In this document: piece by piece, positions 11,421-24,159 of the stretch
Layout of the letters: each line of letters begins with the position of its first letter
Position numbering within the stretch: position 1 is the first letter of the stretch
Assembly (NCBI GenBank): GCA_028534125.1
Contig: CM052816.1
Coordinates: 24,120,001 to 24,184,000 of the forward strand
Length of the DNA stretch: 64,000 nucleotides
Origin: Lama glama
Lineage: Eukaryota
Direction of reading: 5' to 3'
Program-made: the position numbers and the translations under genes
The notes under the pieces: generated by a model
What the model saw: the letters and a program-made list of their open reading frames with translations, nothing else
Told to the model about the DNA's origin: nothing
Database searches by the model: none

Positions 11421-13619
11421 CCAAGGGCACTCTGGTCTTACTCTACTGCCCTGCTCTGATCAAACACCTGGACTCATTCCCTGGTTCTTAGAAGTAAGCC
11501 TTCTGGCCCCCTTTCATCTGACAATATCTAGCATCTCCAGTCTTACCAGTCAGCAACCTTCTTTCTTCCAAATGCCCTCCCTGTCATTATTTTACCCAAC
11601 TTAAATATCATATTTCCACAATTCTAAAGTAGGATGATGCTGTCCCACTGGTGAAATGAAATTTTTCATGCTACAAAGATACTGGCCCAGGAAAAATACA
11701 TATTTGTTTATATCAAGGAAAGTTCTGACAAACATAAGAAACAGAAATATGCTAATAGTTAGGTGTCATCTTGTTCTGTTTTCAAAACCTAACATTATTG
11801 TGTGACCCAGACAATTTAATAGAGGATTGCACACTTTAAAAGGTGACTGTGGCTAACTGGTATAGTAGTCATGTAATGTGTTCAAGGGTACAGCTGACAC
11901 TAATATGCCAAGCGCAGGCAGCAAGATCTTTCATCAATGCCATTTAAAATGAATACTCAGTCTGCTTCCTCCTATCCCTCTGCAAACACTCACTGGGAAA
12001 GAAGGGGTAAGATTCTCTTTAGAGTGGGGTCACTCTTAAGGGCAAATGGATGAACAGACTGTGTGTCATGATAAAAATAACGAGTGAGTTCTGTTTGAAA
12101 ACATCCCCCATGGGACCAATTGTTAGATTTATTTCCTTGCACTAAGACACTGTATACAGAACAGCAATGTTAAAGTACAAACATCTCTCTTGGCAGGGGC
12201 AGCAATACATTAATGCAAAGAGAAAAATTGCTATACATTTATATTTAGCAACTGCTACTCTGTTCAAGAATATTTTAAAGCAGATGTTTAAGTGGGAAAA
12301 AAATTAGATGTAAACCCTTTAAGAAATAGATTGTTGTAGAAAAGAATATTAATTAGATACTCTTAGGTGAAAAAATAGATTATCAATGAGTGTTTTAACA
12401 TCATCTCATTTTTATAAATGAAAAAATATGCAAACACCAGGCCCTCCATCCTCCCTTCGAAAATGAAAGAACAGCCTCCACAGTGTTCATAGTGCAAATA
12501 TCTGAGTGGCAGAATATGAGATATTTTTAATCTTCTTTTTTAAAAAAATTTTATGAACATACATTTCTATAATAAAATGTCCTTAAGAGTTATAATTCTA
12601 TGTGTATATTCATACATTTTTCTGTATGTGTCTTTTTGGGACTCAGGTTTTTCCACTTCTAAGTGTTTCTAGGTTTAATTAAAGCGCACTCTCAGTGGAG
12701 ATGAGCATTTAATGTGAAGGAGAGTGAAGAAATGGGATCTGAAAGAGAGAAGGATACATTGTGCAGATACTTTCTCTCCTGATAGCTGAACTGTGTGGCC
12801 TAAGGGAATTTTTTTTTTTCTCTGAGCCAAATGAGAGTCAAGGCGGGTACAGTGAGCAGAAAAGGCCCTGGGAATACTTAGGGTACAGGGGCACATGTTG
12901 CCTTCTTCCTAAGGAGTCCCATGAAGGTAATAAAACTGGACTTTGACATCCGAGCAGAAACTTCCTAAGTCATGGAAGTGGCTGTCTAGCTTTCTGAACA
13001 ACAGAGATACATTGAGAGAAAAACCAAAGTTCTCTCCAAGAAACAAAAGGGGAAAAAATAGAATTAGATTAAGTAATAATCATTTAAAGTTGACGCTTAT
13101 ATGATGGACTTAGACTACATTATACCTACATTAAATTGCATATAAACTTTATTTGTATTAAGAAAATCAATATTTACTTTTTAAAAATAGAACATAATGT
13201 TTGAAGATGGGAAAGCACATTTAGTTGACTACGGACCTTTCTTGACATGCAGGCTATCCAGCCCCTCTTCGCTCTCTCGACTCCCTCCATGAGTCTCTCT
13301 TCCGTAAAATCCAACAACAATAAGAATATTCCATAGCTGTGCTCCCCCAGTAAGGCTAAGGCTATGCTGGTTTTATCTGAATTGGTTTCTGCTGAATGAT
13401 CTACTAATCAAATCAAAGTGCAGGCTTTTAAAGTCTTTCATTTCTCAACTCTGAGTGGAGCAACACATGAATTAATAAAAGGAGAACTGATTTTTTTAAT
13501 TGCACAGTGCTTTTTAGTTTATACAATTCTTTTATATTTTCTCATTTCACCTTCGAACCCACTCAATTTCAACAGCTATTTCAAGTGTCCATCTCTAGTT
13601 TTGCCCTGCTCAGACTCTA

Positions 13620-14130
13620 TTCCTCCCACTGCTTCTGGTAGTAAACCTCAATTTTCCTTTGATGAGGCATACCCCTCCCACTTGTATGTAAGTCAGATGA
13701 GACTGACCTTATCCCATCTTCTAATCCAAGTGTGGACATGTGACCAGGATGTAAGCAAACAGTATATTCCACCTCCCTGGACACAGTGGTTGGTTCAGAG
13801 ACAGACACATGAGTTAAATCAGTCCCACAGACTAAATTCTGGGATTTTCCTGAAGCTGATAAGCCAAGAGGCTCTAAGCTGAAAGCTTGTGGGAATCGCT
13901 GTGATGGGAAAGGCTGCCCAGAATGGTGCCGACACCAAGGAAAGCAGAACTGACAGACGGAGAGGCCCCATGTTCTGCTGAAGCTGCTTAACACCTGAAT
14001 CAGCCACACTGGAAGCCAGAGACACCCTTACACCTCATGGATTTACAATCCAGTAAGCCAGTAAGCACCTTCTTCTTCGTCCAGCTGGAGTTGAGTTTAC
14101 GTCACTTAAAATCAGGAGTCCTAGCAGATA
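13620..14130. mobile_element. ERVL solo LTR (LTR16-like)
   Basis: ggacatgtgaccagg, ggttggttcagagacagacacatgag, terminal ttgagtttacgtcacttaaaatcaggagtcctagcagata. Confidence 0.65.
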
Positions 14131-14399
14131 TGGTCTCTACTCCTCAGTCTGTCCAGGCAGCCCTATTTCGAGACACCATTTACACTTTGAAGGCAGCTAC
14201 CTGAACTGCTTCTTTGTGCTTAAAAGAAAATGAGTATTCTAAAAAGAGGTGGCTAGTATGTCATAATTAATGAAGTATGAGTTATTACAAACACAAGAGC
14301 GATCCACACATTGAAGTTGTAAGTATTAGCAGGCAAGTCCCTAAGCGGATCAAGTTCTGACTTGGAAACACCTATAGGCTTTAGAATAAAGACAGCTTC

Positions 14400-14590
14400 C
14401 AATGACCAATTCTGAGATCTTTGCCTAATATCTTAACCTTCTGAGCCCAAGTTCCCTTATAAGCAGTAAGAGTAGTAGTATTCTCCTCACAGAGTCTTTG
14501 TAAAGACTTATGGTATTGTAAATATAAAATACTTAGCACACTGCTGGGCACAAAATAAATTCTCCATAGAGAGTCATTTTTATTAATAAC
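14400..14590 (+). mobile_element. MIR SINE
   Basis: cttaaccttctgagcccaagttccc...aaaatacttagcacactgctgggcaca. Confidence 0.65.
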
Positions 14591-14805
14591 TTGGGATCCT
14601 TTTAATAATATGAAAGAAGTGGATACCTGCAGTGGCATACTCTGGTAGAATGCCCTGACCAACTAGAGAAAGCATAAAGCCACTAAAGAAATCTGCAGGT
14701 CACAGAAAGAAAGTAAACAAGCACTACTGACCAATGTGTCTAAATCCACTGTTTTTCCTGGGCCAGTACAGCCAAAGAATATTCTTTTGAATTTGGGGAC
14801 TGGCC

Positions 14806-14918
14806 TGGGTAACCAACCATCCCAGTTTGACCTGGACTGCTGTGTTTCCAGGAACTCAAGACTTTCAGTGCTAAAACTAGGAAAGTCCTGGGCAACCTGG
14901 TATGAACTGGCCACCTTA
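14806..14918. mobile_element. MER81-like hAT-Blackjack MITE
   Basis: Imperfect terminal inverted repeats gggtaaccaacc...aactggccacctt, internal actttcagtgctaaaact. Confidence 0.7.
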
Positions 14919-15989
14919 CCAGCCACCACACCACCACATTCCTGAGAAGGGAGAGCCCCACAGCCAGGAAGGGGAATTGCCTGGAAAAGCATCTGAACAC
15001 TCCATCCTCACCAAAGAAGACCAGTGGATATCACCCTACCACACTCCAAGAGAATCAGTGCCCAGAGTTCCAAGAGGGAATTTTAGAGAGAATGAAATTA
15101 GCAACAATCAATTCCCTTGTTCTATTTAATCCTTAAGTGACTGGCAAAAAATAATTTAAAATCATTTTTAACAGCATCATATTTCAATTATCAAGCGCTG
15201 AATTAAAAAGGAATGCAAACACTAAAATTCAACACACTGCTAAAAATGAACATGTCTGAAATATTAATAGCAACTCTAAATGATTTATAATGCCCTCTTG
15301 GGCATATTTTATGATTTATTGATGTCATTTTAGCTGCTCCATGGGTGACAGAGTCACTTCATGTGTGTGCTCTGGTGGGTTTCTAGGGTAGTTACTAGGA
15401 AACTATACACTCAGACCTTTGCTGCATGAATATCAGACTGTAGGTGAAGTTAAAAAAAAAAGTAAAAATATTAATTTTTCCCATAAATCAGAGAATTGTG
15501 GGGCTAAACAAACTTTAAAATTGGTCATTTCCGGTTTTCTCAACTTCATGCAGGACCATGTTGGAGCTATCTTCAATGGATGTGAATTTCACAACCTCCC
15601 TTATTATATTGTCAGTCTTTGTTGACAAGAAATTCTACTTTAGATTCAACCTGTTACCCTTTCTGCATTAAGAAAAGCCCATTTTCTGGAGAACAGTTCA
15701 TGATTTCTTTGGTAGTTCACTTCCCTTCTTCGACCTAATAAAGCATTTTTCAAACCTTCCTGTCCATCCCACAGATATTATTGCCCAGCAATAATCTACT
15801 TTATGATTTGCTTTCTATTTTTTGATTTGTTTTAGCCTAAAGATTTTCTAAAACTCTCTTAGGCTATGGTACCCAAAATATGTTTTAATCAAAACTGGAC
15901 TTGTCTTCTACATCTTTTCTGACACTCTCAGTCATTTCTTCTTCTCCAGAGATACAAAGATCTCATTCCATTCTCTGGACACCCAGAAC

Positions 15990-16495
15990 TTTTCCTTGCC
16001 TCTCCACTGACAGCTGTGCACATCTAAACAGCAGTGACACAGACCTGCACTTTTGGAGAATGGCTTATGCTCAGAAAGTACCATTCTCTCCTCCACCTGC
16101 TCTGCCTTCAAAGCTCCAAGCCCTTTAATATAATATATGGATATGGGGGAATTAGGGAGGGGACTCTGAGAGCCCATCCAATTAAATCATGTTGACAACT
16201 CCCCACTTAAAAATATAACCACGACCCAGGATTCTGTGTACTATTAATAAACTAGCCAAAAAACAAGCAAGCAAACAATAACAAAAAAACAGTCTTTTAC
16301 TCTGTTTATTTTTCCGTATCCAATATGTGATTTACTTTTTGAACTCCAGTTCAATGTTGCTGACTCATGGTCACTGTATTTTTCCTTGCCTCTCCCCTGA
16401 CAACTGTGCACATCTAAACAGCAGTGACACAGATCTGCACTTTTGGGAAACGGCTTATGCTCAGAAAGTACCATTCCCTCCTCCACCTGCTCTGC
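15990..16495 (+). repeat. 116-bp direct repeat pair (15990-16105 and 16380-16495)
   Basis: Ungapped alignment at offset 390, 7 mismatches by my count (about 94% identity). Confidence 0.97.
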
Positions 16496-16904
16496 GATGC
16501 ACCTGTATCCACCTCAAGGCTAAGTCAGGAACAGTGCAGGACAGCAGAGGATCCAAATGAAGTATGTTGAGCCAAAAATTCTAAACTCAGTGAAATGGGT
16601 TCAAATACAATAAGATCAGGACTAAAAAGGGTGGCAGTGAGTGGTGTAGCTCAGGAGGGACCTAAGCATTAGGTTTACCATCAGCTGGAATTTAGGACTT
16701 TCTTGTACGTGCAAGAGAAGCCACAGATACAAATGGGTCACTGTGGCTACCAGGGGTGTAATGAACAATTAAAAATACATAAAACACTCTGTGAGTGTCT
16801 CTGCTTTAAGTAGAGACGTGACTTAAAAACTTTGGGAAACGTATGGCATTTGCACTACATTCTGCCAAATGACATAGATATTCCTGGTCCATACACATGA
16901 ATGA

Positions 16905-17290
16905 AGCTGGGTGTAGAGGTTAAGGAGACAGCCTCTGGAGTGAGATCATCAGTCCAAGCCCTAGTACTACTGCTCTGTTCCCTGTGACCTGGAGAAAGTT
17001 ATTTATCCTCACAACCTAAGCTTGTTATGTGTAAAATAAGGACAAAAACTAGTTCTCATCAAATAGGGTTGTTCTGCAGGTTAAACCCATATTATTCAAT
17101 GGGGGAGTCTTGGAGCAGCAGAGCCACCATCACCTGGAAACTTGTTAGAAATGTAGAATATTAAGCCCCTTCCAGAACCTACAGAATCAGAATCTATACT
17201 TTAACAAGATCCCCAGGTGACTGTGTGTCAAAACTTAATACAGTGTTTGGCCTGTAGTCAACACACAACAGATATTACCTGCTATTGTTT
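16905..17290 (+). mobile_element. MIR interrupted by a MER5A-like hAT-Charlie element (about 17095-17230)
   Basis: MIR core tgtgacctggagaaagttattt, then catcacctggaaacttgttagaaatg...gaatcagaatctatactttaacaagatccccaggtga, then the MIR tail acttaatacagtgtttggc. Confidence 0.75.
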
Positions 17291-17479
17291 TTGTTTATAA
17301 TTGTTATTTTCATCCTGAATCATCTTGGGCAGGCACATCACTTAAAAACTTGAGCTTTCTAATCTGTACAACGGGAATCATAGTAATATCCAACTGCCCG
17401 AGGACCAGATCATCTTTTAAAGTCCCTTCAAATTCTAGGAGACCCCTATGAGTCGAGCATGATCACATGATGGTAATGG

Positions 17480-17715
17480 ATGATATTCTGACAGCGTTTA
17501 CCGTGTGTCAGATGTTGTTGTTAGTGCTTTACTTGTCTCATCTTAATCATCCAACAGTGCTCTCAGAAAGGTACTATTTTTAATGCCATTTTACTGATGA
17601 ATAAACTGAAACATGAAGAGATTAAATAATTTGCTCAATAAAACACACTGGGGGTAGAATCGGGATTGCAACTTTGGCAGTCTGACATAGTGATTCATAC
17701 TTTTACTCTTGTCAC
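17480..17715 (-). mobile_element. MIR SINE
   Basis: ccattttactgatgaataaactgaaacatgaagagattaaataatttgctcaa is the reverse MIR core. Confidence 0.7.
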
Positions 17716-17819
17716 GATTCTGTCCCTGAAGCCAGGCTGTCAAAGAGAGAGTTAAAGTAAAATAACTTTGACACAATCGGTGTGGTCCTATGTAGCATGT
17801 GGTACATCATTGTTACAGC

Positions 17820-18015
17820 AGTCAATATTCAGGTTCTGGCTGCACACTAGAGTATTTTTAAAAGAGTGAAGATTTTTAAAAATACAGACTTCCTAAGTCT
17901 CATCCCCACAGATTCTATTTCAGTAGTTTTGAAGTGGGACCCAAGCTTCTTATCTTTTTCTTTTTTTAAAGCTGTTAGAGATTAATCTGATGCAGAGTCA
18001 AGGTTGAAAATGTGT
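17820..18015. mobile_element. MER5-like hAT-Charlie element
   Basis: ggctgcacactagag...ccccacagattctatttcagtag...tctgatgcagagtcaaggttgaaaa. Confidence 0.65.
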
Positions 18016-20514
18016 GGGAATATGGATTAATAAGCTACCACTTCTGTGTCCAGTATGTGGTGAGTCAAACTTCTTTCCAAAGTAACTGGAAGGAATAAGG
18101 AAGGCAGAGAGGAAGGAAGGGAAAAAGAGGGAGGGAGAGAGTTTTGTTGGTGATGGAGGTGTGAGAAATTCTCTCTAATTCCACAACACACATCCTCACG
18201 TCTAAGCGGTTTCCTTGCATGCGCTGTAGACGAGAATCGTACATCTCCTGGCCACTGTTTGGGGAGGTTTAGTGGCATTGAATAGGAAGTATCTTGGTAC
18301 CACTGAATGGAGGAATGTATTTCACCTTACCTTCTTAAGGTGGACACTCTTTCAGGCAAAAGAAGGTGACTAGGACCCTGCATGTCACCTAAAACAACAG
18401 CAAGAAGACTACCCCACAGCTGGAAGAGAGAAGGTGGAAATAGGACAGTTCTCGACTGAGGAGGCAGGACTGGAGGGACTGGCACAGAATCCACAGTTGC
18501 TCCCAGGCACACAAGTAGAGTAGGACATCACTATTTTCTAGAGCATTCCACACTTAATTAGGTCGACAGAAATAATTGATAAAGCCTAGCCTTGAAGCAA
18601 ACTTTAGCTCTGACACAGAGAGCCAGAGAACAGTCTGAAAGTAGCAATATGGGCCCATCTCAGCACAGAGAGGCTGAAAAGTGGAACTCAGGAGAATAGA
18701 TGTGCTAACATAAAAAATCCTTGAGCCCCTCTGCAGAGGAGGAAGAGCTGGACAATGAGAGCAAATTCCACTTCGCAAGAGCTTGTAGTTTGTTGTTTAT
18801 ATTCGTGCCAGAGTTGATAATTAGTTTTAATTTCAGGGGATTGGTTTCAATTATTCTCAACAAAATATTTGATTATCTTTATAAAGCCCTCAGTTTAAAA
18901 GACCTTCAAAGTTATCATACAGACAACTGGACCAAACACAGCCAAGTTGAACATTATGTTAGGGTTCTGATACTCAGCTTGAGTAAACAGGAACACCTAG
19001 AAAACACTCCCTCTCAAGCTTGATTTTGCTACTGGGGTAACACATAACACAGCCAACCCCAGGAGGCTAAGGAAAGGGAACAGGTTAGCAAGCAAAGTGG
19101 GAAAATCACTCTTCCTTGTGACTAGGACATTTTGAACTGAACAAGATGGCATAAGGTACCAGACTACAACACACATAGTAAGAATCCTAGATTTGAATGG
19201 AGTGAAATCAATAGCTGAAATTGAGGAAGCATTCAGGTTAAAAACAAACAGATGATCATTTATAAATAAAGCTTTAATTAACATTTATTCTTAAATAAAA
19301 TATTATAAATGTTACTTTCATTGTTACTTAACATTCCAGCATTCTTCAGGGAGGTCCTGACTATGAAGAATTCACCACAGCAGTGAATAATTCATGTGGA
19401 ATATCGAGTCACAGATAAAGAAGAGCAGTTGATTGGTTTTTTCCCCCAAGAAATTGTTAATGTTACATTACATTTTATTGAACCAGCCTCCAAAAATAAC
19501 AGAGCCTGCACATTATTATTGCCGTTATTACTTTTCCTTTCCGAGTGCCATAGCTTGTTCTCTCTTGAGTTGATACATTCTGATTACTTTTGCTTACTTT
19601 AGAGATTTGCTTTTTCTAGTAAAAAAAAAAAATGCTTGACTCAAACCTCTCATATTCGAATTTCTTCAAGTTATAACCACTTGCTATCAAATTTAAGTCA
19701 TCTCCCTTATCTTATTGGAATCCATGTGTTCATTTCCAACCTACAACTTCCATTTAATATACAGACCTGTTCTTTGGTGCCCTTTCTCTCTGACTATGCA
19801 GGACAAATGTGCCTTTCATTGGTCACAGTCAGAGCCACAGCCCCACATCATCTGAGGCATCAGGACAGCTGACACGGTGTCTGTGCAACTGGGACTACGG
19901 CAGAGCCGAGCATAACTGAAAGACTCCATGGGTCCAATTCACCTTGGACTAAGCGAGGGAACTGATTTCCAGGACCTTGAAAACAGCTGCAATGGAGCAA
20001 GCAGGCCATTTAGCGAGGGTCACAGATGTGTGGCCTGGTTTGGCCTATTTGCCTCTTCATTTTCAGAAAAGCTTCAGCAGCTGACACTGCTCCAAGTTTC
20101 CTATGAGGCTCACCATTGTGGAAATGTTCTACTCACCCTAGTGTAGGAATCTAATGATGAACCAAGTGTTTCTGTTTGGGGGTTTTGTTTTATGATTTGG
20201 GAAATTTTTTTTTTTAGCTTTTTTTGGTTTTGGGCTATTGTTCAGGGAAACTAAGGTCAGAGCTCCTTATGCCTAGCTTTAAAGCTGTTAAGCTTTTCTT
20301 CTGTATCCTTGATAAAATGTACTATTCTTCATAGAAGAAGCATGCAAATTGTATTGAAATTTGTCTTTGTGAGTTATAGGAATTCCCTTGGTTCAACAGG
20401 GGCAACTTGGGGTGGAGTTTGGGACAAAGAAAAATGTTGGGTTCAGTCTCTCCCATTGCACTCCTTTCTCATCCTCAATTGCTAAAAATTTTTTAAAAAA
20501 ATTTAAATCACAGG

Positions 20515-20885
20515 GGCAGGGGTCTTGTTTCGCTATTACAAAAATATCACGAACTGATGGCTTAAACAATAAACATTTATTTCTTACATTTCTGGAATCT
20601 GGGAAGTCCAAGATCAAGCTGCCTACAGATGGCGTCTGGTGAGAACCTGCTTTCCTGGTTTACAAACAGTAGTCTTTTCACTATGTCCTCACATGGTGGA
20701 AGGGGCAAGAACTCTCTGGGGCCTCTTTTATAAAGTCACTAATCCCATTCATGAGGGCTCCACCCTCATGACCTAATCACCTCCCAAAGGCCCCACCTCC
20801 TAATATCATCACATTGGGATTAGGGTTTTAACATATGAATTGGGGCAGGAGGTTGGGGGGTCACAAATTTTCAGTCCATACAACA
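20515..20885. mobile_element. MaLR solo LTR (MLT1A-like)
   Basis: ggcttaaacaataaacatttatttctt...gggaagtccaagatcaag...catgacctaatcacctcccaaaggccccacctcctaat...ttcagtccatacaaca. Confidence 0.9.
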
Positions 20886-21959
20886 GGTAACCAAAGTCTT
20901 TAGTGTCAAGTAAAGTTAAGAGACAGTATCAGTAAAATATAATTTGTGTAACTAGTACATCTTATTTCACAGGTTTGTTTAGTAACAGCCAGTCTTGCCC
21001 CAGGAAGGTCCCTGATGCCACACTAGATACCCCCCTACAATGTCCCTATTAGCAGGAAATCAGTTTATCTCTTGGATCCCATTAGTCCCTTCCATACAAA
21101 AGATATTCCAGGATGCTAAACACTCTAAGGAGGGAACCCTGCTTGTTTCTGTCTCACTAATTCGCTACTTTGGAGCCAAACGCACCCCCTTATGACTGGA
21201 GAATGTAACCACAACTATAGGAGCCCGTTGGCTTGGAGTGAACAGGCACGTGGAAGGCTGATGAAGCTGCAGTTGAAGCCTGGACATTCTGGAGTGGTTT
21301 CCTCTGCCTGCTGCTGCTGTTTCTGCTGGTGCTTAAACAGAATCCAAAGTGATCGGCTGAGGTTGCCCTCTGCAGTGCACCCTCTGCTCAGCCTCTACTG
21401 GTTCTTCTAGGTTCCATGCAGAGAGCCTTCTAGGTTCAGCCAAGAAGCTCGAAACCAACCTTCCTGGGCTTTCAACAGCAGCTCTTAAGCTATCACTCCC
21501 TGACCTTTTCCAAGGTCAGGAGTTCCATCCTGGATGCTGGTTTCAGGAACCTCAAAGAGCTCTCATTCATGGAGCCCCCTACTTCTCCACCCCCAGAAAA
21601 AGAAACTCTTATTTTAGGCCCCAGAGTTAAAAGACAGGAAAATCTCACCAACAACTGCTATTATGGGATCTCCAACGTCTATACCCTTAAGTCTGTTCAG
21701 GTACAAGGGCAGTCATCTTCTTTTACATATAATGTTTTCTTGAAAAATGAGTAATAGGAAAATGTGAGAATTTGAAAGACTTCCTGGGATCCATTTCATG
21801 TGAACTAAAAATGCATGTAACTATATATTCATATATCCTAGTAGTGAAAATGGCTGTTTCTTATGAGGATATGGGGGCACAATGTCAGAAAATTGTTGTT
21901 TTTCATAAGACAACATACAAAACTATTTGACTCTTTAAAATATGGCCATTTGCAGATTT

Positions 21960-22140
21960 GATAATATAAAAACAAAAAATTTAAATTTTTGGAGAAAAGA
22001 AGTAAATCACATGCAGACTCAGGAAAAAGAGTAACTTCAGATTTCTTAGCAACAACAGAAGCCAGAGGCAATGGAGAAATGCTTTCTAGTTTTTGAGAAA
22101 AATGACTTCCAAATGAGAATTCTATTCTCAATCAAACTCT
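21960..22140 (+). mobile_element. Old L1/HAL1 ORF1 remnant
   Basis: cttcagatttcttagcaacaacagaagccagaggcaatgg...agaattctattctcaatcaaact resembles the L1 ORF1 C-terminal coding region. Confidence 0.6.
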
Positions 22141-22221
22141 TATGTCTTGCAGTAGAAGCTTTCAGCTTGCAAGGCATATTGGCCAGGTTAGTTTAATGCA
22201 GCAGAAGTTATTCTAGCCAGT

Positions 22222-22570
22222 TGCTCTGGTGCAAATACTTGTGTCTACCTCCAAATTTACCTGTTGAAATCCTAATGCCCAATGGGACGGTATTAGGAGG
22301 GTGAGTCTTTGGGCATTGATAAGGTCATGGGGGTGGAGCCCTCATGAATGAGATTAATACTCTTTATAAAGGAGACTCAAGAAAGCTACCCTGCCCCTTC
22401 TGCTATGTAAGGCAGCCTGCAACCTGGAAGGGGGCCCTCACCAGAACCTAAGCATACTGGCACCCAGATCTTGGACTTCCAGCCTTAGAGCTGTGAGAAA
22501 TAAATTTCTGTTGGTTTTAAGCCACAAAGTCTCTGGTATTCTGTTACAGCAACCCATATGGACTAAGACA
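22222..22570. mobile_element. MaLR solo LTR (MLT1A-like, opposite orientation to 20515-20885)
   Basis: ggtggagccctcatgaatgagatt...cttggacttccagcctt...aataaatttctgttg...atggactaagaca. Confidence 0.9.
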
Positions 22571-23099
22571 CCAGGGTAAGCCAAAAGGATTAGCTATGAG
22601 ATAGAGAGAATTCAGAGACTGCAGGAAAGGAAATGGACTGCGCTTCCAGGAGCAACACCCCAGCACCACAGCACAGAGCTGCCCGGTGAGGGTGTCACTG
22701 CCTCTGACAGAAACCGCCAAGCCAGGAGGCTGCTGTCACCAGTTCCAGCCTCTACCTCTACCTCTGCCACCACTTTGGACTCCAGGACCCTGCAATGCAG
22801 CCTTACTCAGGCCTGTGCCTGTCAGATGGAAGCCTCCAGCCCTGCCTCCTCCTCAAGTAATCCAGCTCTGGACCCAGATTCTGACTCTGGCACAAACGCA
22901 GCGGACTGGTGTAAACAAAACACATGTCTGTGCTCCAACAACTAGAAAATGACGTGGAAAATGTCCTGAATTAAGAATGCAGAATTTATAATGTGGGAAA
23001 CTATTAGAATGATGGGAGAGGGGTATTCAAAAACTGAGAGCAGCCAGAATAACAAATGACCACTACACAGAGACTTGAACTTTTACCTTGTACAGACTT

Positions 23100-24060
23100 T
23101 TTTAGGCAGCAGCCAGAAAATACTAGCTTCATCATCAAACAAGGGAATGAATCAAGAAAAAGGAAGATACCAAATTAGGAAATAGGAGATCTAACACAGG
23201 GAGACAGGCATAGGAAGTTTCAAGATGAAGATAAAGGGAAGGTTTAATCAGCACTCTTGGTGTGAGCTGGAAAATGGAGCTTGTACAGAAGAGATGGGAA
23301 TAGGGGAGGGGAAGAACCAGGTAGATCACCAAGATGTTTTCAACTCTATTGAAAGCATCCAAAAACACTGTCAGAGAAGTAGGACAGGCAACAGAGAGCA
23401 CTGAACAAGGATGGGGAGAGTCAAGTATTAACCCTAAGAGAAAAAAAATGTTCACAGCATTTATAACTATGGATAACCCTGTGAGGCGTACCCTCATCAT
23501 ATAAAGTTTATGATGAAATTACATAGAAAGGAAGCTGTAGTTGCATTAGTAATATATGAAAGCTTTCTGGTAATTATACTTGCAGTGTTTTTCTATAAAT
23601 GTCACTTGTTTGGTTATAACTCTGCTATAATAAAATGTACTAAAATTTAAAAAAAAAGAAAAGAAAAAGTTATATAAGGAAGGAAATACCATCTTAGCAT
23701 GCTATATGTCTTCAGTGTGAATAGCATTTGCATGAGCCTGATGGTGTAAACACTCGCTATTAACAACGGAAGCAGTGATGTAAGTACACCACGCTGGAGT
23801 GAGAAGGGGAAGAAGACTCACTGGAAGGGAAAATACAGCGGCTGCAAGTCCTCATCTCTATGTTAGGAAGCCAAAGATAATATCTAACATTTAAAAATCA
23901 AGAAACAGTACTGTAAGCACGTTACTTAGAATGTGAAAGTAAACACCAGAAGAAACAGTTTTTTTTTTTTTGTAATGTTGAAATATGTTGCCTTGAGGGA
24001 ACAGAAGTTTGGAGTAAGAAAGGGTGAAGATTGCTGTTTTCATCATAAGCCTGACAGCAT
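23100..24060 (+). mobile_element. HAL1/old L1 remnant interrupted by a polyadenylated insert
   Basis: caagtattaaccctaagagaaaa | gttatataaggaaggaaataccatcttagcatgctatatg...cagtgtgaatagc resembles the HAL1 3' region as I recall it. Confidence 0.55.
23453..23660 (+). pseudogene. Candidate 5'-truncated processed (retrocopy) 3' UTR fragment
   Basis: AATAAA at 23629-23634, A-tail from 23649, TSD-like agaaaaaaaatgtt / aagaaaaagtt. Matches no TE I recognise. Confidence 0.55.
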
Positions 24061-24078
24061 TATTTCATTTTTAAAGTC

Positions 24079-24151
<73 letters not shown>

Positions 24152-24159
24152 TATACACA
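24079..24159. repeat. (TA)n-(CA)n compound microsatellite
   Basis: Direct reading. Confidence 0.98.

Noticed and set aside
13418..14025. Overlapping 154/130/68-aa ORFs
   Set aside because: Largely within an LTR16-like element, with no protein-like features
15990..16495. CRISPR-like or LTR-pair reading of the direct repeat
   Set aside because: Only two 116-bp units in mammalian DNA; no TG...CA ends, PBS or PPT seen
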